Source: an uncultured virus (IMG/VR IMGVR_UViG_3300034071_001420) (lineage: Duplodnaviria; Heunggongvirae; Uroviricota; Caudoviricetes). Taken from it: a stretch of DNA of 64,000 nucleotides. The DNA lies in IMG/VR virus record IMGVR_UViG_3300034071_001420. The stretch is one strand, 5' to 3'. Both the position numbers and the translations under genes were made by a program. Below, one piece after another: positions 46,515 through 58,701 of this stretch; position 1 is the stretch's first letter, and each line of letters begins with the position of its first letter. The notes under the pieces are model-generated. The model was not told the DNA's origin. It did no database searches and was given only the letters and a program-made list of their open reading frames with translations.

Positions 46515-49409
46515 TTACCAGAACTTTAGAGTTCTCCACATTTCCTGACCTGTATGACGCATGATGTACAAATATGTTAAACCATCAACAGTTTTTACAA
46601 TTTCAAATTTATTGCTGAGAGTTGCTGTGCTATGAGCATATGGAATAGATGCTGCTGCTTCTACTTGGAATGTAGAAAGGTCTAGTTCATAAATACGGTT
46701 TGTAGCATCTTTGGTGAAGTAATACGAATCAACTCCGTCATAGACATACATGGAACCTGTAGTCAAAGTTGTTGTTATAGGTGTAATGAATGGTGTAATT
46801 TCCCAAGTTGATGTTGGGATATCAAATATATCAAAAATATTTGAGCCACCGCCACGGGGAGAAATCAACCATCTTCCTTTCTTTTCTACATCGGAAACAC
46901 CAAACAACCATTTTATATCAATACCTGTGCTTCTTGCTGGAATTTCATAAATTGCATAGAATGTATCTGTGGCATTGGAAGTCAATGCAGGTATAGTAAT
47001 CACCGTTCCAGTATTTGAAGTTATTGCAACTTCTACGGTTGCTGCACCAGCAGAAGAAGAAGCGGTTCCCGCAATATAACGAATTCTTTTTCCTGCCAGA
47101 TAGTTTGTTGGGAAATTTTTATTTGCATCAGTAACAGTGGTTGTTCCTGCACCAGTAGTTACTATTCCATACGAGTCCATAATCTCATACTTGGAAGTTG
47201 CATCTGGTGTTGCAACATTCCAAGAAGCCACGGTTAGAGTTGTTGCAGTATTGGAAGAGATTACAACATCATTTCCTTCTCCCGTTCCTGAAACAATTCT
47301 AACACGGCAGTTTTGATATTGATTGATTCTCCAGTTTTTGGTTGTGTCAACCAGCGTAGTTGATGTACCAGAAGTTGCCCAACCCAACGGAGATCTTTCT
47401 GCCACTTTATCAATGCACATTGCACCGAATGGTCGTGCTTCTTGAATCACATAACGAGATGTTCCGTTTGCCATCACTGAAATTACAGACGACAAAGTTA
47501 ATGTTGTTGCAGTGTTTGCGGTAATGCGTCTGGCACCCGCGTTAGTTGGCGATGTTCCCGCTGTTTGCACGAATACCACTCTTCCAACATGCTCGTTGGT
47601 ATTCCAGTTTTGAGCAGCATCCACAAGCAAAGATGTGGTGAGCGTGATACCCGCAGTTGGGCTTTGTGTTGCGGCAGAATTTGCAGCAATGCTAAATGCG
47701 GTTAGAGAGTTTGTTCCTATGACTGCAAATGTATCATTGAAAGTTGTTTCTGTGGTACAACCAGCAATAATAACAGATTCACCGTGCCTGAAATCGTGAT
47801 TTACTGCTGAAACTACATTTCCTACTTTTCCAACAGTAAGAGTTATTGTAAGACCAGAGCCAGAACCACCTGTGGTGTTTGAAGAACCGTTTGCATAACC
47901 GCTTCCAGATGCAGCAAGTTGCAAAGATGTTACTGCACCACCACCAGTGACTCCGGTAACATATACCTGACCGTTTGTTCCTGTGGTGGAACATGTAACT
48001 AAATCTCCAACAACATAGTTTGTTCCTGCTGCATTTACTGCAACGCTTAAAATACCGCTTGCGCTGTATGTTATGCTTGTTACTCCATATCCTTCATGTG
48101 GTGGACCATAAGATAATGTGACACCAGAAGCAGGAGTTGCAGAAATTTGACGAGCAACACCAGTATCTACTATTGGCGCACTTGCCCACAAATCATGTTC
48201 AACCGAATATTGATACAGTGCTGATGAAGCATTTCCAGCAAGCCACATTTTATCGGTATCTCCGTATATTGCATAACCTGATGTGTTATCTGGCGTAATA
48301 TCCCATTTCTTTTCAAGATAAAAAGTATCTGCTGAGTTTGCAGTAATTCTTCTTCGTTGTCCAATTCCTGTACCAGAAACAATTCTCAACTGATAATTTG
48401 CATAGCGGTCGTATGCATAAGTTGCTCCGCTTTGAACCAATGTTTTTGCAGCAGCAGAAGAAGCAGTAACACCACTAAGAAATACTCCACCAGCCTCACC
48501 TGTTCTGTCAATTGCAAAATCCGTACCTAAGGCAGCAGCATGATGCATTGGACCGGAAGGAGTTTTTGTGAACCAAGAATCCAGAAGAATATCATAGTAT
48601 TGAAACGCAGCAAATGGTGTGGATGCTGCGGCTGTCACCAGCCAAATTCCACCCGTCATTATTTGGTATATTGAACTTGCATCAGGAGTAACTGTCCAAG
48701 CCGAGTCTACAGTCAAGACACTGGATTCAATTACAAAGTGAGTTTGCGAACCAGCAGATGTTACTGGTACTGCAAAAGGGGTTACGGCAGAAAAACCAGT
48801 ATTATTAAAAGAATCTACTGCTTGATGGTTGGTATCAGAGAATGTCAGGGTGGTTGTATCATTGTAAAGAATTCTTCTTACTTGAGACTGACCAGTGCTG
48901 AATATCAAACGACAGTTGTAACCGTCCCATTGATTAACTCTCCATTTTTTGGTAGAGTCACCGATTTGAGTTGCGCTGGCAGTTGTTGCCAAACCATTGT
49001 CGTGAATCACTCCATCCGAGCAAGCAGTAATTGTTCTTTCTTGTCCTGCACCAGTACCATAAAGAATTCTAATTTTACTTCCTACACAAACATTTCCCAG
49101 TCTACCAAGTCCACCAATTGTTATGGTGGTGGAAGTTGCGCTGATTGTATGTCCTCTGCTTCCAGCGTATGCAGCATATTTTCCGGCAACGGCAGTGGCA
49201 GGAGCAATATTTGGTGCAGCACATTCTTGCCACGAATCACTATAGGTATCATATCGCCACATTGCCTGACCGACAATGTAGTACATATATCGCGCACTTT
49301 CATCAGATGACAGCAAAGTAGCAGTGCTACTTGTTGCTGTGGGAGCGAAACGCATCCATTCAAATACGGGTTGATCAACTTGTGTCTTTAGTAGATTGGT
49401 TACTGCCAT
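46515..49409 (-). CDS. Large virion or tail protein with repeated GTGxGQxRxI modules
   Basis: 964 aa; repeated RIxxGTGxGQ.R.I..N...TL modules; propeller-like N- and C-terminal segments. Confidence 0.7.
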   Translation of the reverse strand: MAVTNLLKTQVDQPVFEWMRFAPTATSSTATLLSSDESARYMYYIVGQAMWRYDTYSDSWQECAAPNIAPATAVAGKYAAYAGSRGHTISATSTTITIGGLGRLGNVCVGSKIRILYGTGAGQERTITACSDGVIHDNGLATTASATQIGDSTKKWRVNQWDGYNCRLIFSTGQSQVRRILYNDTTTLTFSDTNHQAVDSFNNTGFSAVTPFAVPVTSAGSQTHFVIESSVLTVDSAWTVTPDASSIYQIMTGGIWLVTAAASTPFAAFQYYDILLDSWFTKTPSGPMHHAAALGTDFAIDRTGEAGGVFLSGVTASSAAAKTLVQSGATYAYDRYANYQLRIVSGTGIGQRRRITANSADTFYLEKKWDITPDNTSGYAIYGDTDKMWLAGNASSALYQYSVEHDLWASAPIVDTGVARQISATPASGVTLSYGPPHEGYGVTSITYSASGILSVAVNAAGTNYVVGDLVTCSTTGTNGQVYVTGVTGGGAVTSLQLAASGSGYANGSSNTTGGSGSGLTITLTVGKVGNVVSAVNHDFRHGESVIIAGCTTETTFNDTFAVIGTNSLTAFSIAANSAATQSPTAGITLTTSLLVDAAQNWNTNEHVGRVVFVQTAGTSPTNAGARRITANTATTLTLSSVISVMANGTSRYVIQEARPFGAMCIDKVAERSPLGWATSGTSTTLVDTTKNWRINQYQNCRVRIVSGTGEGNDVVISSNTATTLTVASWNVATPDATSKYEIMDSYGIVTTGAGTTTVTDANKNFPTNYLAGKRIRYIAGTASSSAGAATVEVAITSNTGTVITIPALTSNATDTFYAIYEIPARSTGIDIKWLFGVSDVEKKGRWLISPRGGGSNIFDIFDIPTSTWEITPFITPITTTLTTGSMYVYDGVDSYYFTKDATNRIYELDLSTFQVEAAASIPYAHSTATLSNKFEIVKTVDGLTYLYIMRHTGQEMWRTLKFW

Positions 49410-49421
49410 TGTGTATTCCTA

Positions 49422-50036
49422 TTATGAGAATGTGAGTTTAGAACGAATTGCTTGAGCGTAGCAGGCTTGAGCGTCATTGGCTACACGCCATAATTGATGA
49501 ACAGGACCTTCCATGATTAATCCCGTGGCTGAAGATGACAATGAATATGGATTAGCCGCAGCAATTGGAACAAGTTGACTTGCTGAGTTATTACTGACTG
49601 TTGCACTAACTGTTCCCGAAACAGGAATAGTGGTGTTAACTTCAGTTGGTGCTGCCAAATTGGTTCCGATTGCTTCTATTACGACTTTTTGGCGTAGACG
49701 GGAATCAACAACAGCATTGCTTTCTAGCAGTTTGTTCATGCGGCGAAGGAGATCGTGTAGTGACTCTTCACCTGCAAGGTCAAGGTAGATTTGCAGAACA
49801 TCTGTGGCACTCATGGATGTGGTGTCGTAGTCTAGAGTCAGCACATTGTTGGCAAAACTTACTGCTCCTGTGGATGAACTAGCAAAATTGTAAATAATGG
49901 TGTTGGCGGTTACATTGGTGATAAGTAAAATATTAGCCAATGTGATCTGCTGAGACAGACCCGAAAAGGTGACTGTCTTTGCAGTTGGATTGAAGGCGTA
50001 TGTTCCTGATGCGTCTTGTCCTAGTAGTTTCTTCAT
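49422..50036 (-). CDS. Putative virion protein
   Basis: Y.F.P....VTF, LLITNVT...IIYNFA, LTL.YDT..MS..D.LQI motif common in phage structural proteins. Confidence 0.7.
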   Translation of the reverse strand: MKKLLGQDASGTYAFNPTAKTVTFSGLSQQITLANILLITNVTANTIIYNFASSSTGAVSFANNVLTLDYDTTSMSATDVLQIYLDLAGEESLHDLLRRMNKLLESNAVVDSRLRQKVVIEAIGTNLAAPTEVNTTIPVSGTVSATVSNNSASQLVPIAAANPYSLSSSATGLIMEGPVHQLWRVANDAQACYAQAIRSKLTFS

Positions 50037-50052
50037 AGGTTCTCCTCCCTAT

Positions 50053-50739
50053 TTATAGGGCTATTGCCATCGCAATCACAAACCCAAGGTCTGCAGCAGA
50101 ACCAGTTGGCCCTGTGTTTCCTTGAGATCCCGTAGCACCCGTGTTGCCCTGAATGCCTTGAGGACCAGTTGCTCCTGTTGCTCCCACTGGTCCAGTGGCA
50201 CCAACTCCGCTCGGAACCGCAGGTTGAATCCACTGCGATGAGTCTCCATCGTATACAAACACATACTCCGAACCGCTGTCAGAGTTCAACCATCTGTCTC
50301 CGTAGGTTGCCCCTACGGGAGCATTATTTTGATAGTAAAAATCGTTTCCTCCACCTCCACCACCCGTTCCGATGTAATTGATGGTGAATGTTGTGCCTGA
50401 AACTGAAACCGATATATCGGTTCCGCCTGTTATTCCCAAAAAACCTGTTAATCCGTTAACAGCAGACACATACGCAGAAGTAATCCCAATGAAATTTGAA
50501 GACACCGCAGAGAAATAATTTCTAACAGCACTAAGTGTAGGAATTTGAGTAGTGATGCCAGCGGCAATTCCTCCAGAAGCACCACAGACACCAGCACCAA
50601 CCCACACTGGAGACACTCCAGAACCTTTACCAAGCCAAAGTGTATTGTTAGAATAATTAAAAGCAGGCTCACCAAGGGTTAATCCGGTGGAGGAAGTGGG
50701 GTTTGATGTGCCTTTTGATATGCTTATTTGTACTGACAC
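50053..50739 (-). CDS. Short fibre-like protein, paralogous to the 44109-46193 N-terminus
   Basis: GLTLGEP.FNY...[16 protein letters not shown]; short collagen tract; C-terminal IAMAIAL. Confidence 0.7.
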   Translation of the reverse strand: MSVQISISKGTSNPTSSTGLTLGEPAFNYSNNTLWLGKGSGVSPVWVGAGVCGASGGIAAGITTQIPTLSAVRNYFSAVSSNFIGITSAYVSAVNGLTGFLGITGGTDISVSVSGTTFTINYIGTGGGGGGNDFYYQNNAPVGATYGDRWLNSDSGSEYVFVYDGDSSQWIQPAVPSGVGATGPVGATGATGPQGIQGNTGATGSQGNTGPTGSAADLGFVIAMAIAL

Positions 50740-50763
50740 CGAATATCCCTGTTATGGTATTTA

Positions 50764-51444
50764 TTATAGCGGCATTTCATCGTCGTAAATACCACCATCA
50801 ATACTTGAAAATACATTGTTAGCAGAAACCAGTTGAGTTACCCCAGTTGAAGTGTTTTGAACCACAAAGTTGGTGTTGCTTTGGGTGTATGTAGAAGAGG
50901 TTGACAAAACCTCTCCTACTTGAGCAGCCTTTGCTAAAATAGTTGAGTACGATACTATTTGCATTTGTCCTGTTTCATTGTCCTGAAACAAGAATTTATC
51001 AAGATTGGTAGGAGAAGCAATACTGAAAGGTGCACCCGCACCTGTTGCTCCGTAATGTATTGCAAACGAGATTCCACCACCCGATGTGGAGAGCGTGAGT
51101 CCTGCTCCTGCACGGAATGCTACTGCGCCTGTTAGTCCGTTTGCAGACGACACACCTTGAACTGCACCTGTGAGTCCGTTGAATGCAGACACATAATCGG
51201 TTATAGAAGTTCCACCACTAGAACCAGTGTAGTTTACTGTTAGTGTTTTTCCTGCGGATACCACAGAAATACTAGTTCCACCAACCACGGACACATCGCC
51301 CGTGATTCCGTTTACTGTTTCAACAAAATCAACGCCGAGATTGTCGTTGTAGGTTTCCCATGCAGCACCGTTCCACTTCCACGACTTGCCGCCGAGGGAG
51401 TAGACTTGATTCAGTACTGGTGTTGATGGGAAGTCGAGGGGCAT
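50764..51444 (-). CDS. Fibre-related virion protein
   Basis: FPSTP...WKWNGAAW N-terminus, [12 protein letters not shown]. Confidence 0.7.
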   Translation of the reverse strand: MPLDFPSTPVLNQVYSLGGKSWKWNGAAWETYNDNLGVDFVETVNGITGDVSVVGGTSISVVSAGKTLTVNYTGSSGGTSITDYVSAFNGLTGAVQGVSSANGLTGAVAFRAGAGLTLSTSGGGISFAIHYGATGAGAPFSIASPTNLDKFLFQDNETGQMQIVSYSTILAKAAQVGEVLSTSSTYTQSNTNFVVQNTSTGVTQLVSANNVFSSIDGGIYDDEMPL

Positions 51445-52675
51445 TATACGATCTCAAACCAAGAGAAGTCGGCAGAAATTTTTGCACCATTGTTAATAGG
51501 AGTCATTGTGAGTACAATCACATCACTAACTCCTGTTTGTGTTCTTCCCAACTGAAAGTTGAAATCGTTGATATCAGACACGGAAAACGCTCCGCTGCTA
51601 TTGATGTATCCGCCGATAATGTCTGTTCCGCCAGACACGGCTGTTGCAGTGGTGTTGTAGTCCACATTTCCGTTGTAGTGCGTAGTCCACGATCCACCTG
51701 TCAGGGTAGGATTCAACAGGATTCTGTACTGAACGGTGTCAGCCTTGTTGTTTGTGCTGTCTTGAACAACAGCACTAATGTTGGACGGAACAATCACACT
51801 GTCAAGTCTGTTGGAGTTCAGTTTCAAAGCAACAATCGGATACTGCGTTCCTGCGGTTGTAAGTCCCATCAGCGTGGCTCCGCTATGCGTCACATTGTAT
51901 CTGCGGCTAAAGCCTTCGTATCCACCTTCACTGATGACGCTTGAACAGATTTGTGTGAGTGTGCTGCCTGCGGCTTGTGCGGTCGTATTTTCTATTTCGT
52001 ATCGTATAGGCAGCACAGCCGTGGTCATGTATGTGGTGGGGTGGACATTATCGTTGTGGAAAGTATGGGCTACCACAGGCTTTCCGTCCACAAAGAATCC
52101 GCAACGCACATCGCCCACGCCCAACCACTCAATATCCGTCCAAAAGATGTTGCCTTTGGTGACATCAAGCGTTCGGCTTGACGCTCCAGTTCCGTTAAAC
52201 TTGTCGCCGTTCCACTGTGATTGGTTCACGGTGGTTGTGGTTGCCAATGATGCGCTTGCCAAGCAAAAGGATAAAGTCAAGCCGTCTTGCTGTAGATACA
52301 CTCCATTATACGGAGTACCCGCTGTGGCTCCACCTGTTATTCCAAAATATCCGATTCGCTGCCGTAACCCCTCCTTTGGGGTGTTCATGGCAAATGTGTT
52401 GAGTACAAGCAGCGACTTTCCCGGCTGATACGGAAATACACGCTTGGTTTCGGTTGTGAGTTTGCTGCCAACGGTTGTGCCCACAGACAGTTTCACCGCA
52501 CTCTCGGTGATAACATAAGAGGCAGTTCCGCCTGTGACTCCAAAAATGTCCCACTTGTCGTTTCTTTGGTAGCGTTGTTGGCTGTCAAACAGCGTGAACG
52601 GATTGGCAACCTTTAAACGGTTGAAAGCGTCCACTGCATTGTCAACGAAACCAACCTTGTTGTTGAACAGGTAAC

Positions 52676-52679
<4 letters not shown>
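51444..52679 (-). CDS. Putative virion structural protein
   Basis: DAFNRLKVANP.TLFDS, YQPGKS, EWLGVG.VRCGF motifs recalled from large-phage structural proteins. Confidence 0.7.
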
Positions 52680-54337
<1,658 letters not shown>

Positions 54338-54341
54338 CCTA

Positions 54342-55097
54342 CTATGTAGGGAGTGTGGTTAGTGCTTTCCAAGAGTGGGGAAACAGGGGAGCAATAATTT
54401 GAGAAATTGCTTGGGCGTACTGCTGGACTTCCCATTGTGCGTGTGCGTCAACCCGTTGTGCGTAGATTCGGGCGTATGCAGACAGCGAACCTGTCCACCA
54501 CCACTCTGTATAGGTTCCCTGTGGCAGAACCGCTCGTGCCTGTTCAGGAGCAACTCCGCGAGCCAACAACCGGTTGTATGCGTCAAGTGCTTCCAGTACT
54601 ACACGATTAAACATCACATCCATTTCATCCACCAACATGGGATCGTCAACAAAATCGCTGCTGCCCTGCTTGGCTCCATCGGTGGGTGCTGCTCGCCAAT
54701 CAGGGGTGTAGAACTGTGGTTCGTCTGTGACATACCGACGAGACACTTCGTTTTCCACCATGCCTACCTTGTGCTTGAACAGTTGTGTACGCACAAAGAC
54801 GGGAGCCTTGATCCGCAGCGTGATTTGTGGATGGGCAAAAGGAGTCCAGTGCTTGTGTTTAGCCAAATACGCAATCAGCCGCTCATCCTTTTGTGGCAAC
54901 ACACGCAGTTCGTTTTCGTCAAATCTAGAACCACTATCGGTTAGTCTCTTTTTTGCGGCTTCGTCTACTCCCCAATCACTCTCTTTGTTGAAAGACACAC
55001 GGGCAGCGTTCACAACAGTAAGATCACTACCCATGTGATCCACATATTCCACATGACCACAGTTTAGCACAGAGTAAAAGGTTTCACTCGGTTTCAT
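54342..55097 (-). CDS. thyX: Flavin-dependent thymidylate synthase
   Basis: VVNAARVSF, HWTPF, QLFKH...NEVSRRY, PEQARAVLPQ, HAQWE. Confidence 0.95.
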   Translation of the reverse strand: MKPSETFYSVLNCGHVEYVDHMGSDLTVVNAARVSFNKESDWGVDEAAKKRLTDSGSRFDENELRVLPQKDERLIAYLAKHKHWTPFAHPQITLRIKAPVFVRTQLFKHKVGMVENEVSRRYVTDEPQFYTPDWRAAPTDGAKQGSSDFVDDPMLVDEMDVMFNRVVLEALDAYNRLLARGVAPEQARAVLPQGTYTEWWWTGSLSAYARIYAQRVDAHAQWEVQQYAQAISQIIAPLFPHSWKALTTLPT

Positions 55098-55347
55098 CGG
55101 TGTCTCCAAACCAGCCGTCAGTCATGTCTTCGTCGGTGATTTCGTGGTTGTTTTCGCTGATGTCTTCGCCACCCACTTCTTCCAACTCAAACCCTTCAAG
55201 TTCAACACCTGTCAGGTCTTCAGCGTACTCAACCGCTCGCTTGTACAGTTCAGGATTGGTGTTCTTCAGGTATTCAACAATTGCAAAAGCATAAGCCACC
55301 ACGGGGTGCTTGAAACTGTGACCGTCTTCGTGTTCTTCTTCGCTCAT
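55084..55347 (-). CDS. Small acidic hypothetical protein
   Basis: 87 aa, RBS AGGAG. Confidence 0.6.
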   Translation of the reverse strand: MSEEEHEDGHSFKHPVVAYAFAIVEYLKNTNPELYKRAVEYAEDLTGVELEGFELEEVGGEDISENNHEITDEDMTDGWFGDTDETE

Positions 55348-55574
55348 GTGGTGCTCCTAGACTCTAGTTCTTGAATTTTAGCCTTTAGGGTTTTGATTTC
55401 TTCAGCCGCAAGAATCATACACTCTTGCACTTCTCTCCAAAAAGAAAACATCTGACACATTGAAACTGCTTCAACTCTTTGGAGAATTGGCATATTTGCT
55501 ATACGATTTGCTAGCAATTTGCCAACCTCGTCGTTACACCAAGAGTTTATTGGGTTTATTTCATATTGATTCAT
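55344..55574 (-). CDS. Small hypothetical protein
   Basis: 76 aa, coupled to its neighbours. Confidence 0.55.
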   Translation of the reverse strand: MNQYEINPINSWCNDEVGKLLANRIANMPILQRVEAVSMCQMFSFWREVQECMILAAEEIKTLKAKIQELESRSTT

Positions 55575-55575
55575 A

Positions 55576-56568
55576 TTAAATCCTTTTCCATTGGCTCCAT
55601 TTCAGTCGCGCTTCCATACCACTACACGAGTATCTATCAATGTCTGCTTGCAGTTCTTGTGGAGACTTGCCTGAAAGCACCATGTCATTAATATCTTTTT
55701 CTAGTACTCCAGAACCCCACACGCAGACTGTGTAGCCTGCTTCAATGGCTTCTCGCGTGGCTTGCACAATTTCTCGGTTACGAGGCTCGTTGTCCAAAAC
55801 AACAACCACATCATTGAAACGCTTAACCACATCTCCCAACTCACTGCCAGCGAAAGCAATGCCGTTATCCAAAAATACAGAGTCAATCGGGCCTTCAGTA
55901 GCGTAAACTCGTTGTGAGTAGTCAACAGTATCGCCTCCGAAAAACATTCTGCCGTCCTTGACAAATTTCACAGTAATGTACCGTATGGCGTTCTTTGAGC
56001 CTCCAACGGCTCGCCCTTGTACTCCCAACAGTTCACCGCTCTTGTTAAAGAACGGGATGACGATACGCTCGTCATTGGGGACGGTGGTATATGTAGGGTC
56101 AATGCCACGCACCCAGTCTCCAAACCCTTCGCAAAAATAGAACCGTTCAGGGCACGGTATCTTTCGCCCTTCACAATACACGCGAGCAGCGTGATCGGAT
56201 GGCAGGTCTGAAATACGCGGAAGTGTAATATTTATTTTGGGCTTGATGATTGCGGTTTCATCAGGCTTGGGGTAGTTGGAATGCCCGTTCTCACCGTTAC
56301 GCCACCGCTCAAGTGCGTATTCACGACACAGCACAGGGGCTACAATCTCCAAGAACTTGTAGACGGTGTGCCCAATACCACAGTTGTGGCACTTGTAGTA
56401 AAAATCGTTCTTCTTGGGAAAGAAAAAACCACGAGCCTTGTTCTTGTTCTTTTGTGAGTCTCCGCAAAGGGGACACCGACAGTTTGCAAGATCAGCACCC
56501 TTCCACTTAAACTTCTGAAGTTGTGGAGACACCAAGTTAATATATTTCTTGTCTGTCAGAATACTCAT
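55576..56568 (-). CDS. gp61: DNA primase, T4 gp61-like
   Basis: CRCPLCGDS...KARG...CHNCG zinc finger; TEGPIDS, DNEPRN, KDINDM. Confidence 0.95.
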   Translation of the reverse strand: MSILTDKKYINLVSPQLQKFKWKGADLANCRCPLCGDSQKNKNKARGFFFPKKNDFYYKCHNCGIGHTVYKFLEIVAPVLCREYALERWRNGENGHSNYPKPDETAIIKPKINITLPRISDLPSDHAARVYCEGRKIPCPERFYFCEGFGDWVRGIDPTYTTVPNDERIVIPFFNKSGELLGVQGRAVGGSKNAIRYITVKFVKDGRMFFGGDTVDYSQRVYATEGPIDSVFLDNGIAFAGSELGDVVKRFNDVVVVLDNEPRNREIVQATREAIEAGYTVCVWGSGVLEKDINDMVLSGKSPQELQADIDRYSCSGMEARLKWSQWKRI

Positions 56569-57978
56569 TTAGAAATTCCAGTCGCTTGCGTCCTTGCTGC
56601 CAAACTTCTTGGCAAACTCCTTCTTGCCGTAACCACTTCCAAATCCTTCTTCCTTGGTGCTCTTGGCATCAGTCAGGTCTTCAAACTCTTCCTTCTTGAC
56701 ATCGTAGAACTTCATCTTGGCGTAGTTCAAGCCCACAATAAACTTCTTGTTTGCAGCCTTGGTGTTGTAGCGGTTCTTTAACTGCTTCACCATGATCTGC
56801 CCTGCCTTTTCCAATTCTTCAGTTGTAATAAGTGCTGCCATAAAGTCTGCGGTATGGGGCAGACCAAACGACTCTGAAGTATCGGTGAGTTCCACATCAC
56901 TGGATGAAAATCCTGAACGGTTCACCTGTGTGGCTGTAAAGATGGGCACATTTCTTTCCATTGCAAGCCCACGCAACTCTTCTGCAATAGCCTTGATGTA
57001 ACTGTACGAATTCACATTGTTTCCACCGCTCTTGAGACGAGCAGACGAGCAGATGTTGATGTAATCAATAAACACAATATCAGGGGTGAATCCCTTCTTG
57101 AGTTTTAGTTCATCCATCAGCACACGGAAGTGGTTGGCATTAGCCACCGAAGTGGGATACTCCTTGATGATGAGTTTGCCGTTCACGCCCCGCGTGGACG
57201 CTTGCAACCGCTTCTCGTACATATCAAGAGGCAGATCGTGGAGTTCATCCATCGTGATGTCCATGATGTTTGCGTCAATGCGTTCTGCAATACGCTCTTC
57301 TGCCATTTCCAGCGTGATGTACAGCACATTCTTGTTCTGCATGAGACAACACGCTGCGTGGTGACACATGAACAGCGACTTACCCACGCCTGTGCCTGCC
57401 ATGACCACATTGAAAGTCTTGGGAGCCACACCACCCTTGGTAATCAAGTTGAACATTTCCAAGTCAAACGGAATCTTGTCTTCTTCACGATGCAGCACTT
57501 CGTAACGCTGCTCGTAGTTCTCAAGGTAATCGTGACCAATATTTGTGTCAAAAGAAACCGCAAGTGCCTTGCTCAAAATATCAGGCAGAGCATTGGGTGT
57601 ACGCACCTTGTCCTTGCCATCAATAATATGAATGGATTCAAGAATGGCATTGTAGATGGCTTTGTCCTTGCAGAACTTTTCTGTGGTGTCCAATAGCCAT
57701 TGGGTGTCTTGCTTTTCGCTTCTACACACCGCGTCCACAGTTTCCCTGCACCGCTTGATCTCGTCTTCGGTAAGAGCCTTGTCGCCTTCCAAAGAGATAA
57801 GGAGGGCTTCCTTGGAGGGAACCCCCTTATACTTCTCAATGAATCCCTTGATCTCACGGAACACCGCACGATCAGGGCGATTGGCAAAGTACTCTTCTTG
57901 AAGGAATGGCACAGTCTTCTTGCAGAACTCTTCGTTGTTGATGAGTCCTGCAATAACTGTTTGTTCAATCGTACTCAT
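56569..57978 (-). CDS. gp41: Replicative helicase, T4 gp41-like
   Basis: AGTGVGKS, LEMAEE, IDYINI, ATQVNR, SESFGLP, KQLKNRY. Confidence 0.96.
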   Translation of the reverse strand: MSTIEQTVIAGLINNEEFCKKTVPFLQEEYFANRPDRAVFREIKGFIEKYKGVPSKEALLISLEGDKALTEDEIKRCRETVDAVCRSEKQDTQWLLDTTEKFCKDKAIYNAILESIHIIDGKDKVRTPNALPDILSKALAVSFDTNIGHDYLENYEQRYEVLHREEDKIPFDLEMFNLITKGGVAPKTFNVVMAGTGVGKSLFMCHHAACCLMQNKNVLYITLEMAEERIAERIDANIMDITMDELHDLPLDMYEKRLQASTRGVNGKLIIKEYPTSVANANHFRVLMDELKLKKGFTPDIVFIDYINICSSARLKSGGNNVNSYSYIKAIAEELRGLAMERNVPIFTATQVNRSGFSSSDVELTDTSESFGLPHTADFMAALITTEELEKAGQIMVKQLKNRYNTKAANKKFIVGLNYAKMKFYDVKKEEFEDLTDAKSTKEEGFGSGYGKKEFAKKFGSKDASDWNF

Positions 57979-58688
57979 ACAAGCCTGCTTTCTGCTGTTG
58001 TATTGTATTTTTCAGAAATATCAATACCAATATATCGTCTTTCCATTTCTTTGGCAACCTTTGTTGTGGTTCCCGTTCCGTTGTATGGGTCTAGTACTAT
58101 ATCATCTTTCTCGGTAAAAGCAAGAACACATCGGTGAACAAGTTCTTCTGGGAAAGTGGCGTTGTGTCCGTGTACATTTTTATTAGGAACAATTCTCCAC
58201 ACACTCAAAAATTTTGCTGCCTCTTTGTTCCAAGTAAATCCTTTGGCTTGCTTTCCTAAAATGTAGATGTCCTCTTCTACACGATAGAACCGCACAGGGT
58301 TATATGCTTGCATTCCACACCTGTCCCATGTGATTCTTTGCCTGTATACTGCATTGGTTTTCAGAATCCATTCAATTGGACTTTTTACTTGAAAATTGAA
58401 TATTCTGTCTTTGTGGTTATAGCAAATGGTTCCTGTGGGTTTCAGAACACGAACCATTTCATTTATGACTGCTACTTGACCTGCCTCATACGCATCGTCC
58501 TCTTCTTTGTCAGAGTAATTATCGTAAACGATGTTGGTTCGTTTCCAATAATCTTTTCGGTTTGCTTGAGTTCGGCGATTCCTCCAGTTGTTATACGGAG
58601 GAGAAGTAACAATCAAATCTACAGAATTGTCAGGAAAGGTTGCCATAACATCAAGGCAATTCCCATGATAAATTTTGTTGACTTCCAC
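57975..58688 (-). CDS. DNA amino-methyltransferase (N4C/N6A, beta class)
   Basis: TSPPYN catalytic motif preceding the LDPYNGTGTT SAM motif; HNATFP. Confidence 0.9.
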   Translation of the reverse strand: MEVNKIYHGNCLDVMATFPDNSVDLIVTSPPYNNWRNRRTQANRKDYWKRTNIVYDNYSDKEEDDAYEAGQVAVINEMVRVLKPTGTICYNHKDRIFNFQVKSPIEWILKTNAVYRQRITWDRCGMQAYNPVRFYRVEEDIYILGKQAKGFTWNKEAAKFLSVWRIVPNKNVHGHNATFPEELVHRCVLAFTEKDDIVLDPYNGTGTTTKVAKEMERRYIGIDISEKYNTTAESRLV

Positions 58689-58701
58689 GAGACTAACTCA
58701 A

